In this document: one piece after another, positions 9,590-20,400 of the stretch | Position numbering within the stretch: the first letter of the stretch is position 1 | Layout of the letters: each line of letters opens with the position of its first letter | DNA from: Auanema rhodensis | Taxonomy: Eukaryota; Animalia; Nematoda | Direction of reading: 5' to 3' | NCBI GenBank assembly: GCA_964057225.1 | Contig: OZ059895.1 | Span: forward strand, 13,330,001-13,394,000 | Length of the DNA: 64,000 nt | Made by a program: the position numbers and the translations under genes | Notes under the pieces: model-generated | What the model saw: only the letters and a program-made list of their open reading frames with translations | Databases searched by the model: none | Told to the model about the DNA's origin: nothing

Positions 9590-10950
9590 CTTGTTGGTTT
9601 TCCTGGAAAGGAAATTATTATACCAACGATGCGAAACTTATAAAAATATATATACAACGTGAGAGGCAATATGGGGTTGTATGCGTGACGCTTGCTAGGG
9701 GGCCAGCCTGCAGCGAATCTTCTAACGGAGAATTGCTCAATCGGGTACATACACGGGCCTGTGACCGGTGCGCCCTTTCTAGGATCAAGTTCCCATCTCT
9801 CGAATAGGCGTGAAATATACGACGGTGATCTAAGCAGTATTCCCTTTCAGTCTTTCGACAAGATTAGGTGCTCAGGCCTCGAACATTCACTTTCCCAGAC
9901 TTCTCTTGCCTATGAAAAATTACAGAAATCGCTCCCTTAACGAAATTCTGCTTCCCTGATTTTTCATGGTGAGACCACTCTAACACTTTCATTCTCGACT
10001 AATTCTGTAAAGGGATCTTCAAAATCAGGAATGCGTACGTCTTATATCAAAAATAGTGGTTGCCTCCGCTCAGTTCTCGAGACAGTCTGGTATTGCTTCT
10101 CACGGGCTACTTTTAGGATCAAAATGCAAAATTGTAAATCTTAGGTTCGGGATTCAGATAAAAAATTTCAAAATTATTTGGCTGTTTTCTGGGTTATATT
10201 AGGAAGAAGAAAAAAAATAATAGTAATAAGAGAGGGAAAAAGATAAAATTTAAAAGAAGATAAAAGAAAAATAAAATAGGAATATAGTAGGAATATAGTA
10301 GGAATATAGTACTAGTATAGAATAGTTTTGTACATAAATATATATATATAAATGAGTAATACATTTTAAAGGATAGAATAGAAATTAATGAATTTTAATA
10401 TATATAAAACAATGAATTTTTTGATGATTCATGAAAGAAATTAATTCATTTTTGATTCAAAAATTGTTTGAAACTTTATAACAAAATTTTATGAGAGATA
10501 GAATAGATTTTGATTAAAAAAACAGAAAAAGAAAAGATTGACAGAAAAAAAAAATATCGAAATACCTTTCTTTGAATGAATAAATATAAAAGAATTTCAA
10601 ATTAATTTATGATAGTTATAAACAAAGTTTTTCCTCAAAAATGAATGAAAGATCTTAGAATATGGATAAAAATCGAAATGTTTCTTTTAAATGAATGAAT
10701 ATAAAATTTCAAAATTAAGTTGTTTCAAAATATATCTTTTTAAATAAATGTATATAAGATTTCAGTATTAATTTATGAATCAAAATCAAAATAAAGTTTT
10801 TTTGAATGAATGAAATAAAGAAGAGAAAGATTTCAAATTAAATTCATATAGCATAATCGAAATATAATTCTTTAATTAGATGTATGAAAGACAACAAAAT
10901 TAAATTTATGTAGCGAAATATGGTTCTTAGAGATTCGTCGGTTATAGACG

Positions 10951-10969
10951 AATCTCGGCGGAACCTCCA
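10951..10969 (-). promoter_or_regulatory. Primer-binding site for tRNA-Gln (E1)
   Basis: TGGAGGTTCCGCCGAGATT abuts the 5' LTR and is complementary to the eukaryotic tRNA-Gln 3' end (AATCTCGGTGGAACCT-CCA). Confidence 0.85.
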
Positions 10970-11382
10970 CGTTCCATGGTGGTTCCCCAGGGTTCCGGCT
11001 GGGTAACCACATGGAATTACTTTCTTTTCTTCCAAATATAAATGATAAAGAGTATAGAGAGAAAGGTTTATTCATGATAAAGTATACAAATTACAATAAT
11101 AAAAGTTACATAATGATTCCTAGTCGCAGCCCAAAGGACTCGTAAGGAAAACTTATATAGTTTTCCTTACGAGCATAAAAAGTCGTTATATCAGGTCCGC
11201 GGAACTTGGTTCCGCTTGAATTGGGCTTTCTTTGATTAAACTTAATATGAAAAAGTGTTCGTTCTTTATTGCATTGAATTCCTGTTTCTCAAATGTAGCG
11301 TCAGCTATTTGTTTTTATAATGTTCCGTTTTATAAGCGATTGACGTTGTCAATCGCTCTACTTATAGGACACGTATGGAACA
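10970..11382 (-). repeat. E1 5' LTR
   Basis: Direct repeat of 2513-2925, adjacent to the PBS. Confidence 0.95.
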
Positions 11383-11707
11383 GTTACATCTAAATTCTTC
11401 GATGATATCAAATCTTATGAGCTCCAAATACAATAAATTAAAAAAGGTTTCACAGTTGTATAGTGTTAAAACAATGTTTGTTTCAATAGGAAATAGATAG
11501 AAACAGTAAAGTTAAGATGAAGGTTCATAAACTACTGGTTTATAACTGTAATATAGAAATAAGATTGAAGATATTTTGATGCCTTGGGTTGAGCTATCTA
11601 AGTAAAACTGCTAGAAAATTAAAAACATTTGTTACGGAAGAGATAAAATTGAAAATCAGCTGCATTGCGTACTTTCAACGTGGTATGATCGTTAAAAAAA
11701 ATTGAAA

Positions 11708-11826
11708 AGCTTACGGCACCCGGGATTCCCAAGCCGTCTCCGATCCTAGTACTAACCGGGCCCAACGTTGCTTGACTTGCCAGATCGGACGGGATGGCGT
11801 ACTTTCAACGTGGTATGGTCGTAAGC
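11708..11826 (-). rRNA. 5S rRNA (1 variant nt)
   Basis: Array copy; cctag instead of ccaag. Confidence 0.93.
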
Positions 11827-12236
11827 GAAAATATCTGATATTCAATGATTTACATACTTATCCTCGTTATTGTTTTTTTTCCAATTTCATGTTAGTTATG
11901 TAATTTTCTACGTTACATCTAAATTCCTCGATGATATCAAATCTTATGAGCTCCAAATACAATAAATTAAAAAAGGTTTCACAGTTGTATAGTGTTAAAA
12001 CAATGTTTGTTTCAATAGGAAATAGATAGAAACAGTAAAGTTAAGATGAAGGTTCATAAACTACTGGTTTATAACTGTAATATAGAAATAAGATTGAAGA
12101 TATTTTGATGCCTTGGGTTGAGCTATCTAAGTAAAACTGCTAGAAAATTAAAAACATTTGTTACGGAAGAGATAAAATTGAAAATCAGCTGCATTGCGTA
12201 CTTTCAACGTGGTATGATCGTTAAAAAAAATTGAAA

Positions 12237-12355
12237 AGCTTACGGCACCCGGGATTCCCAAGCCGTCTCCGATCCAAGTACTAACCGGGCCCAACGTTGC
12301 TTGACTTGCCAGATCGGACGGGATGGCGTACTTTCAACGTGGTATGGTCGTAAGC
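12237..12355 (-). rRNA. 5S rRNA
   Basis: Array copy. Confidence 0.95.
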
Positions 12356-12765
12356 GAAAATACCTGATATTCAATGATTTACATACTTATCCTCGTTATT
12401 GTTTTTTTTCCAATTTCATGTTAGTTATGTAATTTTCTACGTTACATCTAAATTCCTCGATGATATCAAATCTTATGAGCTCCAAATACAATAAATTAAA
12501 AAAGGTTTCACAGTTGTATAGTGTTAAAACAATGTTTGTTTCAATAGGAAATAGATAGAAACAGTAAAGTTAAGATGAAGGTTCATAAACTACTGGTTTA
12601 TAACTGTAATATAGAAATAAGATTGAAGATATTTTGATGCCTTGGGTTGAGCTATCTAAGTAAAACTGCTAGAAAATTAAAAACATTTGTTACGGAAGAG
12701 ATAAAATTGAAAATCAGCTGCATTGCGTACTTTCAACGTGGTATGATCGTTAAAAAAAATTGAAA

Positions 12766-12884
12766 AGCTCACGGCACCCGGGATTCCCAAGCCGTCTCCG
12801 ATCCAAGTACTAACCGGGCCCAACGTTGCTTGACTTGCCAGATCGGACGGGATGGCGTACTTTCAACGTGGTATGGTCGTAAGC
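12766..12884 (-). rRNA. 5S rRNA (1 variant nt)
   Basis: Array copy; gctcac instead of gcttac at the 3' end. Confidence 0.93.
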
Positions 12885-12973
12885 GAAAATATCTGATATT
12901 CAATGATTTACATACTTATCCTCGTTATTGTTTTTTTTCCAATTTCATGTTAGTTATGTAATTTTCTACGTTA

Positions 12974-13390
12974 CGTTCCATTTAGATTCTCAATGGTTCC
13001 AAGTTGAGAGATCCAAACAGACTATGAGAAGATGAGTATGATTTTAAATATAAGTGTGTAATGTAAGGTGAAATAAGAAACAAAAGATGAAATGTATAAA
13101 GGTTTATTGTTCGCATTATAATATAATTATACAAAGATTAAAGCTAGAGTTAAGAAAGAGAATATAAAGAAGATAAAGAGAAAGTAAGATAATGAGATAA
13201 TGAGATGCCTGAGTCTTGAGGACTCAGGTTTATATATCCATACAACTCCTACTCAGTTTACACAAATTGTTACAAAGCTTATAAAAAGTGCATCTAAAAT
13301 ATTCTCAGAATTGCTTAAAAACTATCTGCCTTAGTTTAATAATAGCAGCTGCCATGGTCAGCTGCTTTCCTTTGAGATATGTATGTAACA
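12974..13390 (-). repeat. E2 3' LTR
   Basis: Direct repeat of 24880-25296; sense ends TGTTACAT...ATGGAACG. Confidence 0.95.
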
Positions 13391-13574
13391 TGCCCCAACG
13401 GATACAAGTCAGCTGACCTCAGCTGTTATATGCAAATAATAATTAAGAGAGAAAAATAAAAATTAAAAAAAAAATGGCATGAGATAAAGCAAATTTTTTC
13501 AACAAACTATTGATAAAGAGAAAAAATTTTAAGAGATAGAATTTTATAAATGATTTAAACCTTTCCTCTCTTCT

Positions 13575-14219
13575 TTAATCCGCCAGTTGGTCAATTTCCT
13601 GGATCATTTCCGTCATTGATGCTAGTCCAAGCAGCTCCATTGTTCTGATGGTTTGGCTAACTGCTTTTGCCTTACTTTTTGATGCGGACATGTTGGTAGT
13701 CCTTTTTTTCAGTAGTTTTTTGATTACTACTGATAGGTCTTGCCCTATCTCTATCCACGATGCTTCTTCTTCTGTTCCGCAATTTCCTACAGCTTGTTGT
13801 GTCATCTGTGTTGTCCACGTCGGCATTGCTTTGTAGATGTCAGCTGTGGTCTGCGTTCTGGCGGGTTGTCCCAGCATTATGTGTCGGATTCTGTTCTCTT
13901 TCTGGCTGAGAGAACATCCTTCTGTCCATTTCTTTTGATGCTGGCGAAGCTCCTTCAGATCGTTTTCCTCATAGTTTTTGGTTTTCTCCTCCAATAGTTC
14001 CATCATAAATAGGATGTGCTGTGTCTTCTTTTCCAATTTGCTCGTTTGGAGGCTTATTATTGGTCCTAAGTTGGGCTTCATGCAGTTGATAGGTAGAAGA
14101 CCTTCACGAAGGTTTTCTACCTCTATCCATTCTTGTTCAATAGTGGTCGCTAGAGGGACCAGTGGTGTTGGAGTTGCGAGGAATGTAGAGAGTGTGACGT
14201 TGGCGAGAGAGGAGGTCAT
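13575..14219 (-). CDS. E2 accessory ORF3 (~214 aa from MTSSLAN), unknown function
   Basis: ATG at 14219; homologous by eye to E1 and E4 ORF3, in the same position after pol. Confidence 0.72.
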   Translation of the reverse strand: MTSSLANVTLSTFLATPTPLVPLATTIEQEWIEVENLREGLLPINCMKPNLGPIISLQTSKLEKKTQHILFMMELLEEKTKNYEENDLKELRQHQKKWTEGCSLSQKENRIRHIMLGQPARTQTTADIYKAMPTWTTQMTQQAVGNCGTEEEASWIEIGQDLSVVIKKLLKKRTTNMSASKSKAKAVSQTIRTMELLGLASMTEMIQEIDQLAD

Positions 14220-14422
14220 TTTGAGTAAGAAAAGTGTTATTGAATTTTTCTCTATCAAAATTTTCTCTTTATATAGTTTGTTTTTCAGTGATTGTTACAA
14301 TTTGTTAAAATTAAAGGATAGAAATTAGAATTTCGGTGGTTTTTGATCTATGTCTTATGTTTAATGTACTATACGAAAGAAAGAAAAATTATTTTTACAA
14401 TTCTACGATTTTTGTTAGTTAA

Positions 14423-17400
14423 TTAAAAGTTTCGTACTTGTTCTCCTTTGTTTTGCGTTGGAGATTCATTCTGCTGCTTTTTGCTTTGATCCGCTTTTCC
14501 ATGTAGTTCCAATTCTCCATTACTTCTGATTTCTTCGTCTTGTGTTTTTCTTTTGGGTTGTAGTTTAACATGATACGGGCGTGAGTTTTCATTTCCTATT
14601 CCTAGTGCTGCGGCAAGTGTAGTGTTCCAATTTTTGATTGCTGGTGAGTTTTTGTTTCTGTCCTCAAATAGCTCCTTTCTGTTTTCATTCTTGAATTGAT
14701 CTCGTAGCTTTTCGTATGTTTTTGCGTTATTATCTTCTATATCGTTTTGATTAGGACCTTCTTCTTGAGAGAAAGGTGTCAGCTGTCTGAGGTCCTCTTG
14801 AATTCTGTCGATTGTTGTTGATTCATTTTCTAATTGTATATTAGAATTTGTTATTCTTCTTGCTGTAGCAAGGTCGTCAGGTGTTTCTGAATTATGTTCA
14901 ATTTCTTCTTCGTTTACTCCTCTGTTATTCCCTGTGATAGGTAACAGTTGCGCGAGAGTATCTGGACTGCCTGTTGGGTAACAGTTGTTGTTATTTTCCG
15001 TATTATTGGTTTGTTCCCATTCATTCAGATTATTCCAACTTGCTTCTTCTTCTTCTTCTTCTTCGTTTGCTATGTCTTGGTCCTCTTCTTCCTCTTCTTC
15101 ATTATTTCTTGTTGATATAAGATTATCGTCTGGTGGAAAATAACGTATGTTATTTTTGTGAGCTTTTATAATATTTCCATCTTGGTCCGTTATGCTGATG
15201 TTGTTTCCTTCAATTGTCACTATCCGGTAAGGTCCATCTCTTCGTATTTGTAATTTGTTGCTTGGGTTCGCTCTTTGTACAAATACTCGATCTCCTATAT
15301 CCAATATTCTTTCTTTTGTCCTATGTGCTTGATCGTATTTCTGCTTCATTCTTTCTTCGTTGGTGGCAATCTTTTCCTTGACTTTTTCTTGAATATCTCT
15401 TAAGTTTTTGAGCTGATCCGTGATATTTTGTTCTTCCGGTGTTTCCAAGTTTTTGTCAATGGGTAGACGTGCTACTTGTCCAAACAAACATTCGTATGGT
15501 GATGTTTTAGTGGTGGCGTTTGGTAATCTGTTGAGTGTAAAAATAATCTTCGGAAGTATCTTATCCCAATCGTTTTGTTCGTCATTAACGTAGGCTGTTA
15601 ATGCTTCTTCGATCGTCCGATGCAATCTTTCTACTTGTCCGTTAGCGTTTTTGTAATACGGCATAGTAGTGTGGTGTGTAGTTCCAAAATTACTGCACAT
15701 AGTAGTGAAATCGTTTGAAATAAAATTAGATCCATTGTCTGTGATGATAGTAACAGGTGGTCCAAAAACATAAAAGAGATATTTTTCGATAGCTGATATA
15801 ATTTCTCCTGATGTTTGTCTGATTAGCGGAATTGCGATAATCCAATTTGAAAAAGAATCTTGAATTGAAAGAACATATCTGTTTTCTTGTTCTGTCCTAG
15901 GTAATGGTCCGAGTATATCCATGTGTACTCTTTGCCATGGTTTTGTTGATGTTGGAAAATTTTTCATTGGTTCCACCGTTGCTTCGTGAGGATTGTTCTT
16001 TCTTTTTGCACAAGCAAGACATCTGTTGATGTAGTTTGTAATGTCTTCTTGCATTCCAGTCCATGTAAATCGTCTTGATATTGAGTCCATTGTTTTGTTT
16101 ATCCCTAGATGAGCTCCGAGTGTCGGATCTTCATGAAATTTCTTCATAATTGGATTAATTATGTGTTCTTCTCGTGGTAAAATTGTTCGTGGTACTTGTA
16201 GGCTTCTTTTTGGTTTTGAGTATAGTACATCGTTGTACACAATATATCTGTCCGTCAGTTGTCGTCCAGCTGTATTGTTCTTTATTTTATCCATAGTTTC
16301 TTTTATCCAATTTGATTGATTCTGAACTGATCGAATATCTGCTATCGTGAAGGTGTTTATCTGATGAATAGTATCTTCCGCCGTTTTTCTTTCGTTTTTC
16401 TTCTTTGCTGGTGGTTTTGCTTCGTTGATTTCATTTTCAAAATATCGTGATAATGCGTCACATACACTGTTTAATTTTCCTGGTCTGTAGATAATTTCAA
16501 TATCGTATTCTTGTAAAACAATTTGAAATTTTGCTAAACGACCTATTAAATCCTTTCTAGTCATTAAACTAGTGAGTGGTCTATGGTCCGTGATAATTTT
16601 GGTTGCTGTTCCTAGTATGTAGGTGCGAAATTGTTTGACGGCGAATGTAAGAGCTAATGCTTCTACTTCTATTGGTGGATAATTCCTTTCAGCTTTGTTG
16701 AGTTTCCGACTAGCAAAAGCTATTGGATGTAATGGTTCTTGATCGTCTTTCGCTTGAAGTAGTACAGCGCAAACTGCTATCATACTTCCATCACTTTCAA
16801 TAACATATGGTCGCTTCGGGATTGGTGCTTGTAACACAGGTGCTTGAGTCAATGTTTTCTTCAAAGTATTAAAAGCAGTTTCTTCTTCTTCTGTCCATTT
16901 GAACGGAGTGTCTTTCCGAGTGAGGTTGTAGAGTGGTGTTGCTATTCCTGCAGCGTTCTTTATGAACCTTCTGAAGTAGTTTACTACTCCCATGAAAGCT
17001 CTTACTCCTGTTGTTGATTTTGGTTGGGGATAATCTTGTATTGCCTTAATTTTATGTGGGTCCGGTTTAATTCCTTCTTGTCCAACTATGTATCCTAGAA
17101 ATTTTACTTCCTTTCTTGCGAATGCGCATTTCTTCAGTTTTATTTTGAATCCTATTTGAGTTACTGCTTCCAAAACTTCTTCAATATCTTTTAAATGTGC
17201 TGTCGTAGATTCAGAGATTAACAGTAAATCATCTAGATATACGAATAGCTTGCATTTAACCATTGATTGCAGGTATCGTACTGCGTTTTGAAAAGTATGG
17301 GGTGATCCACATAATCCCATCGGCATTCGACAATATTGATAAGTTCCACTTGTTGTTGTGAAAGCTGTAAGATGACGATCTTCTTTCTTAAGAGGTATTT

Positions 17401-20400
17401 GGAAAAATCCAGATACTAAATCAAAGTTGCTGAAGATCCTTGCTCCAGCGGCCAAATCTAGGATGTCCTGTATGTTTGATATAACATATACTTGTTTCTG
17501 AGTGATTGCATTCAAAGCTCGAAAGTCCGTTACAAATCTGTAAGTTTTGTCTTTCTTCTTCACCAAAATTACTGGACTAGTTGTCATTGAGTTTGATGGT
17601 TCAATGATTCTTTGTTGTAGCATTTCTTCTATTTGTTTCTCCACTTCTTCTTGTTGGGAGAGTGGTATACGATAAGTAATTTTGAATGATGGTGTTTTTC
17701 CTGGCATGATTGGAATGGAGTGTTCAATTGGTCCTAGGAAGAGTCCGATATTTCTATCTTCGTTGAGAAACGCTTGTTTATGTAGTAAAATTATTTCTTT
17801 CAGTTGCTGTTGTTCGATTTGTGAGAAGCAGGCTTCTGAAAGGTCAAGCTCATTGATGAAATTGTCTGGGAAATATGGCAGTTGTTCTTCCCATCGAGCT
17901 TCTGGAGGTATGTATTGTCCTTCGTATTTTTCTTGGTTGTCCTTTGGTATCGCTTCTGCTATCCCTATTTCTTGATTCATTTGAATTTCGAGTGGCTGTT
18001 TGCATATGTTCGTCGCGTAAATTTGTACTCCGTATCCAGTTGGCGTAAATATAGTAGGCGTGAAAGAGAGTTTGTTGCCTGGTTTCTTACAATCTAGAAA
18101 CGCCTGTTCATAGCTTTCTGGATCGTGTACTTCTAGCGTGAGCGTTCTTGTTTCTCCTGGTCTTAGCGTTTTGTTTTCTAAGCTAACCACATATGCTTTC
18201 GTGGTCTGGTGTTCCCACGGAGATGTTTCTCGTGCTAGTGGAACATGTGTTGTGCCGATAACAATTGTTTTATCCAGCGGTCGAAGTGAGGTGTAAATTC
18301 CTTGTTGATGTAATGCTTCCATGAAGTCTATTCCAAGTAACACTGGTGCTGGACAGTAGTTATCTTCTGCTACATAAAATTTGTGTTCTGTTTCTGTTGT
18401 TCCTATTGTTATGAGGATCCTTGTGTATCCCATAAATGAGAATTTAGATTTATTCGCGACTATCGCTGTTGTTTGTTTTAGTACCATCGTTGCAGCGGGC
18501 AGTTGTTTGAAGGTGGATTCTCGCATGTATGATGCTGATGCTCCCGTGTCCCATAGTGCCTTAAAGATGTGATTGTGGATTGAAATCGGGACAAACGGTA
18601 ATTGTGATCCTCCTATGTAGTTTATGTTTTCTTTCTTCATGCTTGTAGGGAAATAAGCTTCATAAATGTGTTCAGGAATTGGTGCTGAAGGATCATACAA
18701 TGTGAGTTGACAGCTGTTGTGATGGTTGTCGACGTATGGAGCGGACGGAGAAGGATGAGATGTTTCTGTTCTTGTGTTCTCAGTTGATAGTGGTTGTAAG
18801 TATTCTGCTTCCCATTTGACATTGTTGATGGGTATCCTTGAACTACATGCGTATATTTTTATTATCCAGGTGGCGAGTGTGATTATGCCAATTGTTATGA
18901 TGATTGATCCAATGATAGCAAGTACGCGTAGTGTCCAGGTTTGAATCTTTTCCCATATTGGTGACAGAAAGTCAAACATTTTCCAAGTTATAGCTTCTTT
19001 TGTATGTTCGTAGCTGAGTAGTAAGCTGCTGGCTGCTCCTGCTGTTAGGGTAACAGGGTTCATGTTAGGAATTGATCTTTGTTTGATTACAGGTTTTATT
19101 CTTCCTGGTAAAGTAGCCTGTAGCGTTGCTAAGCTGGATCCATATGATATTGCTAGTGCCATAGGAAACGTTGATTCTGTTAGGTTGTTGAAAATGTTGC
19201 TTCCATTAAACTTGATATGTTCTAGGTTGATTGATCCTAACTCGTCGATGTATGCTGGTGATGTTACATTTATTGATTGGTTATTATTAGTCCATTGATC
19301 GTTTTCTTTCCAGGGATCCTTGATTGTGAATCCGCATGGTATGGCATGTGCCATCGGTGTGAGGTCTCTTGTACCTGGTAGGATGAACAGTTGGCCGTGA
19401 TGTTCCGTTTCGACTGGGGTTTCCAGAAAACACGTGCTGTTGACTTTGTGATCGCGGTATGTTTTTGTAATTTGAATTGGTGTGCATGGCATTACATAAA
19501 TTAGTTTATCATTTATGAATCTTGCAGATATATCCTGTCGTCGTAGCATTGTACGCATCCCTATAGTAGGATTTATTTGAAGAATAGCCCACCAGGTAAG
19601 TAGTTGTTTATTTTGTACGTGGCAGATGTTGTTTCTGTTTGTTGTGAACGTACGTATGATATCATCTTCCAGATTGGTAGTGGCATATTGTAGATGAGAT
19701 TGCGTTTCTTGTTGATGAAGATGTTCATTCCATTTTTGGACGATATCGTTCTTAGCTTTAAGGTAGTCTACGTGAGCTTTCTTACCAATATGTGATGATA
19801 TTTCTTCAGGTGTGCTGCGAGTGGTAGTGATAGATCTTTTTGTAGTTCTTGGAGGCGGTGACTTGGTGAGTGATTCTTTCCTATTGTATTCCTGGCTTGA
19901 GGTGATTGTGATTGGGTTTGTAGTAATATTGAATGTAGATTGGGGGGTGGAGAATGATTGTGTTGGTCGATGAGTGGTGAATATAGTTGTGGTTGTTGTA
20001 GGTGTTGTGGTTGTTGTTGATCTGGGTCTAGCAGTAGTAGAAGTAGTAGTAGTAGTAGTGGTAGTAGTAGTAGTAGTTGATGAAGACGTGGGTATTGTTG
20101 GTTTGGGTCTAGTTGTTGTGGATATATGTGTTTTGGGTGTGATTGTCGAAGTGATGACGTTCCTTATGGTTGTAGGCTTAGGGGTCGTGGTAGTGGTTGT
20201 AGTAGTAGTTTGTAGGGGGGTCGAAGTGCTTCTAATTGTGGTTGCAAAAGGTCGTGTTCCGGGAGTACTGATAAGGGGTAGATAATGATTATAAAATTTT
20301 TCACTATCCTCTTGTGTAATGCTATAATTTGTAGGATTTCTTTTCCGGAAGCCGTAGAATATATCGTCGCCATCGAAGATAACTGTGTAGTTTGGCAGTT

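Larger units (their letters stand above)
2513..11382 (-). mobile_element. E1: non-autonomous Ty3/Gypsy LTR retrotransposon carrying captured RNA-virus cDNA
   Basis: 413-bp LTRs (2513-2925, 10970-11382), identical by eye. TSD gtta (2509-2512, 11383-11386). PBS 10951-10969. Contains gag and pol remnants, an accessory ORF and the viral insert. Confidence 0.95.
11383..12973 (-). repeat. 5S rDNA tandem array segment, 3 units of 529 bp
   Basis: Periodic 529-bp unit. Confidence 0.97.

Noticed and set aside
10951-10985. tRNA-Gln gene
   Set aside because: Only the 3' ~19 nt (with CCA) and a 5'-like 11-mer are present, in permuted order. This is a PBS/LTR junction, not a cloverleaf.
19974-20285. Poly-Val ORF and (gta/gtt)n microsatellite
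   Set aside because: Antisense shadow of the Thr-rich mucin-like tract of Env.
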